A stretch of DNA of 63,685 nucleotides, counting the filler, from Intoshia linei (Eukaryota; Animalia; Orthonectida): the NCBI GenBank assembly GCA_001642005.1. It is 4 parts of 4 records of this genome, joined end to end, with 100 filler letters (N's around TTAATTAATTAA, not from the genome) between each part and the next. Parts side by side here need not be neighbours in the genome. Positions count along the whole stretch, not along the records: positions 41,469 to 57,151 come from LWCA01000901.1; positions 57,252 to 63,685 come from LWCA01001682.1; 2 more parts are not named here. The stretch is one strand, 5' to 3'. The notes below the pieces were generated by a model. The model was not told the DNA's origin. It was given only the letters and a program-made list of their open reading frames with translations, and ran no database searches. Below, one piece after another: positions 51,301 through 63,315 of the stretch. The translations under genes were made by a program, and so were the position numbers. How positions within the stretch are numbered: the stretch's first letter is position 1; each line of letters starts with the position of its first letter.

Positions 51301-54028
51301 GAACTGAGAATTTTTATAAAGTACAAAAATTCCGTTAAATGTTTAGAGCTCGCGCTTTTTTAAAACGTAAATAGTTGCAAAGGACAAAAATGACCCATAT
51401 TAATGAATGAAAAATATATAAAAAGCAATAAAAATGTCAGTCGTAAAATTTAATTGTTTGAACTATTTAATTCTATATAATGTTTACAAATTAAATGACA
51501 ATGGTTTCTACGAATATATGCATTGCATAATTCACACATATTCTTAGTTTTCTTTTGATTACTATCAAAACTATATAAATGACACCTTCGTCTTTTATTT
51601 AATGTATCGGGAGAAATTGAATCACTACAATAATTAGTGTTCGCGTTATGCATACCAGATTGATATCTCGATTTAGTTTGATTTTGATATAAAATTATCC
51701 AATTTCATTCCAAGAAAAGCATGGAATTCATTATTATCTATACATTTAGCATCTCTGGTTCTGCTATATTTGTGTTATACAGAGATTATTTTGATATTTG
51801 TGGATTCAAGTTTGCTTTCATAAATTTTCCATCATCAATATCAGGCAAACATTCACCCGATTCACTCAGATAATCACTAAAGTATTCATATATGATTCAT
51901 CTTTACTATTCGAATCAAATATATCGTCTTCTTCATCTTGGAAAATATTATCTATAGAATTCATGATTTTCAAATTAATTGAATGTAAATACATATGTAA
52001 AATAAAATTCAATACTATACGTTTTCATAGTTTTTAGCTGTGAAAAAATATATGTACTGAGTGCACTCAACTCAATACAATAAAAATTAAAATAAATAGT
52101 AAAATTTAAAGTGTCACTTTTATTGCATTATCTTTTATTGTTATTTTATGACTATACATTAATTTATTTAGCCCATCACGTAAGACAAATTTCATTCATA
52201 AATATGGGTCAAAAATGACCCCGTGCGAGTAGTGAAGGGTTAAATTTTAACTTAAAATGACTTAAAATTAAAAACTTTAGATACGTAAAAGATTTTATTT
52301 TATTCTTGATTAATGATGATAATAATGGTTGATTATTAATTATAGGAAATGAAATAACCTGCAAATGTAGGTTAAGTGGAATGAAAATCAATATTTTCAG
52401 TATTTTTATGTAGTGGTTCCGGGTTCAAATAGTGCACGGAATCCGTACTACGGATCCCCATTTAAAAATATATTTTTATAATTTAGACCCCAAGGGAAAC
52501 ATTAAATATAAAATATTGATGTAAAAATTAAAGGTTTTTCATTATAGGATTTAGTAAAATCGTGTTTATCAAAAAAATATTGGAAAAAGAAGATTTTTTA
52601 TTGAAGGTTGGTAAAATTTTATTAATTATTATGGATTAGAAAGTTTTTGCTCATAATATTTAGTAAAATCGAATTTTTCATGATAATATTGGAAAAAGAG
52701 GATATTTCCTGAAGCTTTGGTAATATAGGAGATTTATTTTGGGGTTGGAATAAGAGGCTTTTCTCTTAAAATTTTATAAAATCGTGTTTTTCAAAAAAAT
52801 AATGAAAAAAGTGTATTTTTTATTTTGTGGTTTGATTATGTGGATTTTTCAAAAAAATATTAGTAAAAGTCAGTTTTTCCCTGAAGACTAGAAATGGTTA
52901 TTTTTAGTAAAGTTTATGAATGGTAGAATAAAAATGGGATTTTTGAAATAATAATTTAACGGTCGTCAAGGATTTTGAACAATGAACATTTAGAAACTCT
53001 GTAATAAATATTAAAAATTATCCTATAAAAATTTATAAAAATATTTATATATTTTATTTAAATCTCACGGACGCCAGGCATATAATTTTGAACCCCAATC
53101 GGCAACCAATGCTTAATTTATCATTATTTATAAAAAATTCCGTTAACGAGGAATTAGCCTGTATAAACATTACTTTTAGGTATTTTGAGAAACAATTGCA
53201 ATTATTCTCTGAATCTAAAAAGAAAATACCTCTTTTTTTGCATTGTAGAAACAGTTTCAATGATTTATATGATATTTTAAATAGAAATAGATTTTGCCTC
53301 CAATCGGGTGGCGTGGTAATATTAACCTTTTGAGATATTGACCTACATTTTCAAAGTGTGTTAAAATACTCAAACAAATAATTTATAAGGTTACATTATA
53401 TAGAAATAGTTAAATAAATTGACGAAAAAATGCGTCGAAATGTTTCAAAGGGTCTTCTCAAATCAAATGTTTTTGAATCAATCTTTATTTATTATTTATG
53501 TTAATTATTAAATTGTATTGATACATTTTGTATTGTATATATTTAGTAAATTAATATTTTTATTAGGTACATTCATTCACTGGAACTTTGGATGAAGCAA
53601 ATAAATTCATAGAAATGGGTTTACATATAGGCATTAACGGATGGTATCATAATTTAAACAATAACACTACAAATACAGTGTAGTTCAATGAAAACTATGG
53701 ATAATGTAAATGTGGTAGAAAAATTACCAATCGATAAAATTTTAATGGAAACTGATGCACCATGGTGTCAAGTTAGACCAACGCATGCAGGTTACAAATA
53801 TATTGAAAATATGAAATTGTATGATTCCTCTAAAAAGGAGAAATTTCAATTAGGATTTGGTGTCAAGGGACGTAATGAACCAACAGATATCATGTATGAT
53901 AAAATGATTTATAAATGAATCCAATTTTTAGTCACATTGCAGAAATTATATCCAAAATAAAGAAAATTGATGTGGAAAAAATTTGTGACGTTGTTTATGA
54001 AAACAGTTGTCATTTGTTTAATCTGTAG
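48369..54028 (+). CDS. TATDN1: TatD-family DNase, 11 exons
   Basis: [78 protein letters not shown], ending [10 protein letters not shown]. Confidence 0.95.
48856..50405 (+). mobile_element. Full-length, inactivated Tc1-like transposon, DD37E (TRT family), in TatD intron 3
   Basis: TA|CACTG...CAGTG|TA ends; ~200-bp TIRs with internal direct repeats; FTDE..SLDGPD, MHD(37 aa)E and [12 protein letters not shown]; frameshifts and stops. Confidence 0.92.
51376..52239 (-). mobile_element. piggyBac remnant
   Basis: Terminus ...GAAGGG|TTAA; subterminal GGGTCAAAAATGACCC palindrome with an inverted partial copy at ~51385; ORF KRRRCHL...[13 protein letters not shown]...H resembles the piggyBac cysteine-rich domain. 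Confidence 0.75.
52540..52950. repeat. Degenerate foldback-type ~30-bp array, reverse orientation
   Basis: Recurring TT(G/A)GTAAAA..G.ATTTTTC units. Confidence 0.55.
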
Positions 54029-55296
54029 ATTAAAAATATAAAGAAAGTTAAAAATTTTTTTTGATTTAATTTTTTGGTAATATTTTCAGCACAATCAATG
54101 GCAATATTCCTAGGTTTTGATCAGTTTCAGCTTAGTATCTATCATAGATAGTATCTTATCAACTATTACAACTCGACTATTCTCACTTTTTGGATTTTTA
54201 ACACTTGAATGAATCTATTTTTTAACTAAAACGGAACATTGGAAGAAATTTACACTTTTCATTTACATATAAATGGTTGGACTAAACCCCACTTGCTCGA
54301 ATTTATTATTAATTCCGTAATCTAAGTCTTGCTTTGGTTGATAAGAAATGTTTACCCAAATATGGCTTCTTTGCCAGTATAATGGTTACTGTGCTATGAC
54401 TGAGACAAATCAGTTAAGTACTGGGTCCATTTGGTTGTAGTTTAGCCAGTTAAATCTTGTATTTTCGTTGATAATTCTCTATATACATTTTATTTGTAGA
54501 CAAAACAATTCCGTTTATATCATTAGTAAATTGTTATTATTAGGAAAATTATTTAAAGGGCAATTATTATAGACGTGATTTGGCATCAAAATATTATTTT
54601 CGATATACTTGTCGATTATGTATGAATTATGTTTTATTATTTTTATAGTAGCAGGATTATTGATTGTGTGCCCTAGTGTTATTTACCTATGTTAATTGGA
54701 TATTCAAATACATTTTAATTGCAAGTTATATTTATACAGATTTAATTTGGATAATTTTCCAATTCGTTCACTTTATATACAGTATCGAAAAAATTATTAG
54801 AAAATATTGCTAATTGTTAGTTAGAAGTGTTTAAATTGATAACAATGTTAAATAAATATATTTATTATGAAGTTTATATAATTAGTATTTTGTTTTACCA
54901 CCCTTAGCAGCAAGACATGCGCCTAGGCATATCCTCAATCAATGTTTTGCATAATTCCTTTATTCTATCGGAATTGTTCTATACGTATTTAACTCGGCGA
55001 ATAAGGTATTTTGATGTAATAAATAAAGCTCCACTCAAATTTTCTAAATCCCACACGTGGGTCGCACGCCCCACGTTAGGAATCACTGATATAGACAATA
55101 TAAATGACAAATTGACATTGGTTAGATATATATTTTTAGAGGTAAGGTTATGTTTGTGGCACGTTGTGAACAGTATTGTCATTGGAAATACACAAAAACA
55201 TATAAATTTGGCAACACCATAGTAGTAGTCTAGTTACTAAATTGTGAATTTAAAATTTATTATCAATCTTTAATTTTAATAAAAATAGAATCCAAC

Positions 55297-57151
55297 ATGT
55301 CAAACTTAACAGAACGCGAAAAAGAATATGTAACAAGTGAAGACGTGATTAAAAAAACGGCTTTTGAAGAGATGGGTCTCAGTGAACAAGTTCTGAGAGG
55401 AATATATTCTTATGGTACGAAATTAACAGTGATTAATTACATTGGTTTAATTTAGGTTTTCAGTTACCGACTGCCATTCAACAAAGAGCTATTGTGCCGA
55501 TTATGGCTGGAAGAGATACCATAGCACAGTAATTATTTAAATATTTTTGTAGAATTTATCCCTATTTATAATTTACAATTAATATTGTAAATTAATTACT
55601 AGAGCCATTAAAATAAAGTGGCCAGAAAATACGTACTATCACTTTTAGTTTATTTAGAATAAATTTTTATTCATCATAGATAAGTAGTTTTGACTTTATA
55701 TTTAACACCAAATAAACTAAAGTTGATAGTACGTATTTTTTCTGGCCACTTTAATTAAAATCGGATGCTCTAAAGTCGTTAAGCAACAATAAATAAATAT
55801 TTACATTTTACTAATTTTAAGGTTTTTGAGTCTTTATTTATGTTAACTTTATGAAGTGTATTGTGATAAAAATTTTAAAATAAGCCGTATTGTTAGAAAA
55901 TTGATTAAAATTATGTAAATTTTTTAACAAATTATAAAAAGATTATTATGTGAATCAATCAAAGACAGCATGCAACAGAAAAAAAACAAATTGATCCTTC
56001 AATTTTTTCTGAATTTCTGAATTTTTCTTTGGTTTCTTTAAAAATTTTATCGGTCTTACACCGTAGTGTTAATTCAGACAGCATTTTCATGTTTGTCCAT
56101 TTATGAAGAAAATATTTAACGCTTTTCATATTCAATTTATATTTTTATCTGATGCCGTAAAAAAAATTGCTAGGTCCTTTATAAATTCTGAATTTTTAAC
56201 GGTGCTGGAATCATCGTTTATGGCAATTACCACATCTGGGTCATTTTCAATATGTATGGTACTTTTAGAGTGCTTCTCAGTCGTACTTTTTTTAGACTTA
56301 AGTGGCGTTGCAGAATTTACACTTAATCGCATGTCCGTCTTTTTGTAAAAATTTAAACATAGAACAGTATATTTCTACCAGTTCTAAATTACTGCTTCTT
56401 CTTTTCGGCATAGCTATAAATGAATTATAAAATGATATTCAATTACTTAAAATTACTTGTCAATGATAATTTTGTTGTAAATGAAAAAGAAATTCAAATA
56501 AAACGATAAAATGTAAACAAATAAACACAATAATGTAATTCACAATGATGCAAATTCTTTAAGAGCATTCTCAACATCTTGCGTAACCTAGTCATTATGA
56601 TCTATGAATGGGTCTATTAATTACTATCTAGAGCACAGTCTGGTACAGGAAAAACAGCAACATTTGCTATTGCTGCTTTGGAAATTGTTGATAAATTGAC
56701 TAGGGAGTGTCAAGTTTTGGTGTTGAGTCCAACTAGAGAATTAGCTCAACAAATCCAAAAGGTATTTCATTGTTTTGGTTTATACCGTTTAACAGTTAAT
56801 GAGAATGATTTCAATTTGATGGTTTGAAACATTTTTTCGATTGAATTGATTTTTAAATTTTATATGCAAACATTTATACTATGTTTCTACACAATATGGT
56901 GATTTTATATCACTTATATCAAAATTTTGAGATAAAATCTCCATTTGTTATAAATAAATAGTGACAGTCTAGTACAAAGGTCACCGATTGATCCGTTTAA
57001 ATAAGTTGGTTCCTAAAAAAGAAAATATTTCATAGACCCCTAATATGTGAAATATTTCATAATAATGCGAGTTTAGGTTTGCTTGGCACTTGGAGAGTAT
57101 GCGAAAGTTCAATGCCATTGTTGTATTGGTGGTACCAATTTAGGGGATGAT
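55297..57151 (+). CDS. EIF4A3: eIF4A-family DEAD-box helicase, most like eIF4A-III (3'-truncated at gap)
   Basis: [52 protein letters not shown]; exons 55297-55414, 55456-55528, 56632-56761, 57077-57151. Confidence 0.85.
55614..55753. repeat. Inverted repeat, ~42-bp arms (MITE-like hairpin)
   Basis: TAAAGTGGCCAGAAAATACGTACTATCACTTTTAGTTTATTT versus AAATAAACTAAAGTTGATAGTACGTATTTTTTCTGGCCACTTTA. Confidence 0.85.
56040..56411 (-). mobile_element. CGGBP1-like / hAT zinc-finger transposase remnant in eIF4A3 intron 2
   Basis: CKFCNAT/..[18 protein letters not shown]-like finger and [14 protein letters not shown] block, with frameshifts. Confidence 0.55.
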
Positions 57152-57251
57152 NNNNNNNNNNNNNNNNNNNNNNNNNNNNNNNNNNNNNNNNNNNNTTAAT
57201 TAATTAANNNNNNNNNNNNNNNNNNNNNNNNNNNNNNNNNNNNNNNNNNNN
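57152..57251. other. Artificial contig spacer
   Basis: N44-TTAATTAATTAA-N44. Confidence 0.97.
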
Positions 57252-58539
57252 AAATTAAAAAAATGGGATAACAATTGTTTTTAAATTCTTTACGCAAATG
57301 TTAACTAAAAAAAATTAAAATGGAATAATTCACTTTATAGTAAAAAATAATGTGATATGATGGTTCCACCTGAAACAAATTTGGGAACCACTCCTTTAAA
57401 GAGATTGATAATAGTTAATAGGTAGGATTTTCAAGTTAGATTTTCAACATGAATTTATTTTTTTGGTATATAAAAATGTGCCCTTGGCAGAGCTAGGTGC
57501 TGTTTGTACGTAGTACATACTATGTACTTCTTACTCATAGCTTTCCCATCACAATGTAATATATTCACTGAATATTATTCAATATTCTCTTTTTAAAAGT
57601 AAAAAATACATTGTATCCATAATGGATGAAATAAGCCCATCTAAAATAGTTTCCGGTGAAATGTTACAAACATTGAAATAAATTTCAAAATGCTAATAAC
57701 AAAGTTGATCTTTGGACTTTGAAATTCAGTAATTGCGTAGAAATAATATAAAAACCGATGAAACATATTTGTGAGACTAAAACTATGATTTATGTATTTC
57801 AAAAATGTAGGTTCAATTCACCTTTTTTTTTGATATTGTAGTATGAATATTTTAATTTTTAATTTCAAAATATTAGTTGATAATATATTTAATGTTTTTT
57901 TAACTAAGAATATATACACTTTGTGGTTCAAATTTTTTTTCTAGGTTAACTGGAATAAACTGCACCCGAATAATCATTTTTTAAAACTCTGGGACTATTA
58001 GTTTTTGAATATAACTTGTTTTAATAAAATATTTTCAAAAAAAATTAATAGTAAAGTCCTTTTCTAACCGTGAAGGCGTGTAATTTTCATACTCAAATTT
58101 TTCATGTGTGTTAACTGGAAAACACTGTATTAGCCATAATAATTTTTTAAATTCTAGGACTCTTAGTTTTTATATTTACGGCAGTTTGAGAGAATAAAGT
58201 TATAGATAATAAATGATGGATACGGTAACTATGCATTAATAGACAGCCATATAGTCAAAAAATAATAATTGATTAATATATAATTTGATAGCAAATGTTG
58301 ATTTTAATTTTAAAACAGGAAGTGAATTGACCTGAATTAATGAAATATTATTATTTTGATTTACATTAATATCAATTTATATCGATAAATCCATCAGCAC
58401 AAGATTTAAACCATTACCTTTTTTAAATTGTGCCGATATGCAGAAGCCTGATTGTATAAATAAAAGATAAATTGAAAAAAATATAATAAATAATGTAATA
58501 TTAAATTATGAGTTAGAAATTTATAATTTAAAACTATAA

Positions 58540-59128
58540 TTAGTCAACTTCTTCTAGTTTATTATTTTCTTTCCAGCTATGTACGGCAATGCCGTGAGAT
58601 TTATAGTTTTTTTCAGCAATTTTATTTTGTTTAATAATTTTTTCCATGACGTCAACCCCCTTTTCATTTAAAAATTTTATTGGTTTTACTGGTTCTGTGA
58701 TGATACGGGTTGGAAGTAACTGTAAAGGATTGAAATTTTTGCGCTCGATGTAACCAATTTTTTTGTTGTCAGTTTTTAGTTTATTTGTCTGTCTGTTGCG
58801 TGTTGTTTCTGTATAACGCATTTGAGGAATCGGCTCTGCCCTCGTAAATACAGGTATGTACACCACCGGGGCCACATATCTAGTTTCATAGACATGTACT
58901 ATTTTTTCCTCATACACCGAATTGGTTACACAATTTTGTCCATTTTTAGACTAGATAAAATTTTAAAAAGTTAAAATTTAAAGAGATTACACTTCCTCCC
59001 GTAACTCTAGTCCTTTCCACTGTCCTAGACACATGTGAAGCCTTCTGATAACGTGGATATAGAATACTAAAAATAATTGAATGCATTATTTTAATGTATT
59101 ACTTTTTGAAATTCATTGGATGCGACAT
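58540..59128 (-). CDS. Orphan 3-exon gene (~170 aa, basic)
   Basis: MSHPMNFKNILYPRYQK...TGGS|SKNGQNCVTNSVYEEKIV...EEVD*; 36-nt and 40-nt GT-AG introns keep the frame. Confidence 0.7.
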
Positions 59129-59164
59129 AATTTTATTTATTTCTAAATTTATATTAATCGTATA

Positions 59165-60008
59165 CAGACCCGTGCAAAAGTTTTAGGCACCTTAGATAAA
59201 AAGTTCTGGTTCCTAAATGACAACGTTTTTTTATGATTTGATTATAAATATTAAAAAAAACAAGTCATCACATTCCATCATTTTTAATTAATTATTACCT
59301 TAACAACAACATTGTATCAATAATTTAATAAATATCAGGTCATATTAGGTACACCCACATTAATAGTACGGTAAAATTTAGCAGCAGTATTATGATATGG
59401 GGTGCCATAAGAGAAGATGGACAAAGAATCATTGTAAGGTGTGCTAATAGAGTTAATTCTGTTGAATATATTAGGATTTTGAATATGTATATCGAAGAAC
59501 TTCATGATACATGATATATTTTCCAGCATGATGGAGCACCATGTCATAGATCACGAATGACAGACAACTTTATCACAAATAGATACCTAAATACGCTTGA
59601 TAGTCGGCCCCAAAAAAGTCCAGATCTTAATATAATTGAGCATGTATGGAGTATGCTTAAGATAAATGTTTCAAAAATTAAACAAAGAAATTTGGAACAA
59701 CTTTGGACTGTTACAATGGAAGAATTTTATAAAATACCCGATGAATATATAAAGAATTTATTCAAGTCTTTACCTAGAAGAATAAACTCTGTTATTGGTT
59801 CAAATGGTGGTAATACCAGATATTAACAATAATAAAGTTCTTTTTTAATTTTTTTTCGAAAATGTTGCATTTTATTCAGAAGTGCCACATTCGGCACATA
59901 ATTATCTATGAATTTTAATCACTTGAACAAAATTTTAAGAAGATTCGACATATAGTTATCTTAATATAGCCATTTAAAGGAGGTGCCTAAAACTTTTGCA
60001 CGGGTCTG
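59165..60008 (+). mobile_element. Internally deleted Tc1-like element (D35E)
   Basis: Perfect 28-bp TIR CAGACCCGTGCAAAAGTTTTAGGCACCT with TA TSD; FQHDGAPCH...SPDLNIIEHVW...GGNTRY*. Confidence 0.93.
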
Positions 60009-62268
60009 TATGTAGTTGTTAATAATGCATAATAGTAATTGAACTATTAATACTTTAAATTCATAATTGGATAGGTTTATCAGATAAACAAAATAATTAA
60101 AATTTAAATTAAAATAATTAATTAAGGTACCTTGAATATTCAATTAAATTTGATATTTGACGTGATTTGTTCAATTTGAAATGATAAAATGAAATCTATA
60201 TTAAAATTTGTCCGTTGTTATATGTCAAATTTGAGATTTTTATCTCAGTCCAGATTATGGCCTATGAAACAATAAGAGTGTCATATAAGTTTTTTGTATC
60301 TAACGTTATTACTAACAAGTAGGCGTTTTAAGTATAGTTTTAGTCTCACATCCTGTAAGTAATGCATAATTAATGTGGTAAAATACTTTGTAGTGAGCTT
60401 TGAGACTTTGATATTAGTCAGAGTAAAATTAGTCAGACTAGTATAACTAAATTTAATCAGATAGAAAATTGAAAAAGGTAGTTGTTGATTGGATGTAGCC
60501 GTTATAATTTTATCCTGCAGTTATACACGGGATTATCCAGTCTGGATAGTGTATTGTACAATTGTATAATACATATCCAAGATTTTCGAAATTTGGCGCG
60601 AAATAGATTAGTTAGCACACGATATTTTTATAAACGGATTTACTTGTTTCCGTTAATGAGTGGCTATAATTCTAATATTAATATATAGGTTACGACAGTA
60701 TTCAATAATTAAGAATCTTAGAATCTAAAAAAACATAACTTCCAATACAAATTTTTATTGCCAACACATTATGATCCATTTCAAATTCAGAAATTGGTCA
60801 TTTCACGGCTAAAAATGCAAATTATAATTTTTCCAAAGCGTTTCTATTTAATTCATCGTTAACTAAATGATATTTAAAAGGAATTATAGAAAACATTTGA
60901 TGGTTACTAATAAAAAGCTGTAATAGTTTGATTAAAAAATAAAAAAAGATTTAAGTTATCATGTCACAGTTCATGCTGGATTTAAAATTTACTATAAAAA
61001 TATCCGAATAATTTAGTGAGTAATTTAATTTACATTGTTAGTTCATTGAAAATAGTTTTTTTAAATTATTTATTAAACCCAATAAGGATAATAGTTGATT
61101 AAATTCACACCTCGGATTTATCATTCTCAGTTGTTTCTATTGTATATAGTAAAAATAAATAGTTTATCACATCATTTAATTAAATTTATTAATTTCATTA
61201 AGATAATTTTTAACGAATAGCTAAATGACGCGTTAAATTTATTTCATAGCTAAATAGCAACATCTATCGGTAGTACCGATTCAGTACTCAAGAGACTAGA
61301 TAAAAAATTTGAATTGCTGATGCGATTCATGACGATAATATTATCGGTCTCATTATTATTTTTGAATAAAAATTACAATTTTAAAACTAATCTAAGTAGA
61401 ATTGTTCATATAGCATTGTTTATTACATGTAGGAATGTACAAACATTGTAGATTCAGTTGATTAAAATTGAACATTGAAAATTCAAGTAATTATTTGTTT
61501 TATGTTAGAAATTGTAACATAAAATATGTGCATTCTAACTTAAAATACACATAAGTACATATTTTATATGTCCGTTATAAATTTAATCCGATTGTAAATA
61601 AAATACCGGATGGAATTAAATCTCGTTCAATTTCTAAGAGGCTTATTTATTAAATTTAATTAAACATTTGTCGGTTGGGTGTGATCAAAGAGTATTTATT
61701 CAAATTAAATTAAAAATCTTATATTTAGTACTTTTCATATTCATTGTATAATTGTAATATTTTCATGTTTTTTTACATACAGTAGCGCGTCAGTACTAGC
61801 GACATATTAAGCGAACCACTTTTAGCAACTGGTTCATATTAATTTTTTAATTTTAAACTTATTTTTACAATAATAACCTTTGAGATTCAAATACGAAACA
61901 GTTTTTAAGTCACATTATTTCACACATTTTCTGTAAAAATTTAGTAAGGTGATAATTTACCTTTTTTAAATTATGAAATATATTCATTCATTTAAAAATT
62001 TTCTCATTGATAATAAAAATTATCTTTTAAATTTAATAAAATTACAAAACTATTTGAAATATAATCTGATATTTTCTTTTTTTTGAAGTAATTCTAAGAT
62101 AAGATCGTAATTCCTCACTGGTTTTTTTAAATTTTAGATATACTTCAAGGCAGTGGCGGCCTAAATAATTATTAGGACCCAAACACGTATATTATATGTG
62201 TAATAATAATGTATTTACATTGGAATTTTTATGTTATGTTTATTAAATATTTCTATTTATAATAATAA

Positions 62269-63315
62269 TCATAACTTATATAAAAGGCTACGCGATTTTT
62301 GTTTGTGTGACTACTACAACTCTTAGATTTTTTTAAAAACCACATTTCAATTACAGTTTTTTCCGGTACGTATAATAAGATAAATTTCAACCTCACAATT
62401 TCACATCTTACGGGTCAAAAACCCTTGTTGTCCCTTTTTTTGAAAATCCACTGAATTGGAGAATTTAAAAAAATATATACGCTGATGCGCATTTTAAAAT
62501 CATAAATATTACCATAAATTTAAATTTAAAAAAATTATATCTTCAGGGCAAAACCACAAATTACCCTTCTTTTTTTAATGAAAACAGCCCTAGAATTTTA
62601 AAAAATTCACAGGTTGTACAGTTGTATCCATTTAACACACATAAAAAATTTCAATCCAAATAAGTGACAACTTCACGGTCAAAAAAGCATTTTAGTATTC
62701 ATATATTTTTTTCTAAAATATTTTATTAAAACAAAATATGTGAAATAATTAACGGTCCGAAAATAAAAAAAAAAAATTATTCTGATAGAGCTTATTCCAG
62801 TTGATATAAATATAAAATTTCAATCTCAGAAATCTACGCATTCCCAATGAAAAATAATTTTTAATATATTATTAACCAATATTTTTCAAATATTTCGATT
62901 AAAATAAAAATGAAAATGCAAATTGATCCTAGAATTTCAAAAAAAAATGTGGATTGTACGTCTACACATTTCTAATAAAGACATATGGGTGAAAATCTAT
63001 ATAATTTATTCCTTTCGAATTTTTTTCATTGCTACGCAATTTTTAACTCTCAAATTTTCATTTTCAAAACATTTTGCATAAAATTTAACATAACAACATA
63101 ATAAGCAACAACTACGGCAACGTATTTATAAAATTAAATTTATACTAACTTAAAATGTTATTTTTTTACTCATTGTTTGAAATTTAAAATAAAATGGAAA
63201 AAAGAAAAGCAACATTCACAAGAAAAAACGTCAAAATTGAGAAGATGAGACGTCTCAATGAGTCTCAAAAAGATTATGATATCCGAAATAGGAAAGATAA
63301 TTGTTTTTTTAATTA
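62269..63315 (+). mobile_element. Helitron 5' part followed by a short Helitron-like ORF start
   Basis: A|TCATAACTTATATAAAAGGC start; ~800 bp shared with other copies; MEKRKATF...RRLNESQKDYDIRNRKD at 63194. Confidence 0.7.

Larger units (their letters stand above)
51259..53161. mobile_element. pogo/Tigger-like MITE split by nested insertions
   Basis: TA|CAGATTAATTCCTATTTAACGGAA and TTCCGTTAACGAGGAATTAGCCTG|TA are inverted. Confidence 0.7.

Noticed and set aside
56132-56332. Functional nested gene inside the eIF4A3 intron
   Set aside because: The zinc-finger homology is split across frames with stops; it is a transposase relic.
60240-60870. Possible + strand exons
   Set aside because: No phase-consistent model or homology could be assembled by eye.
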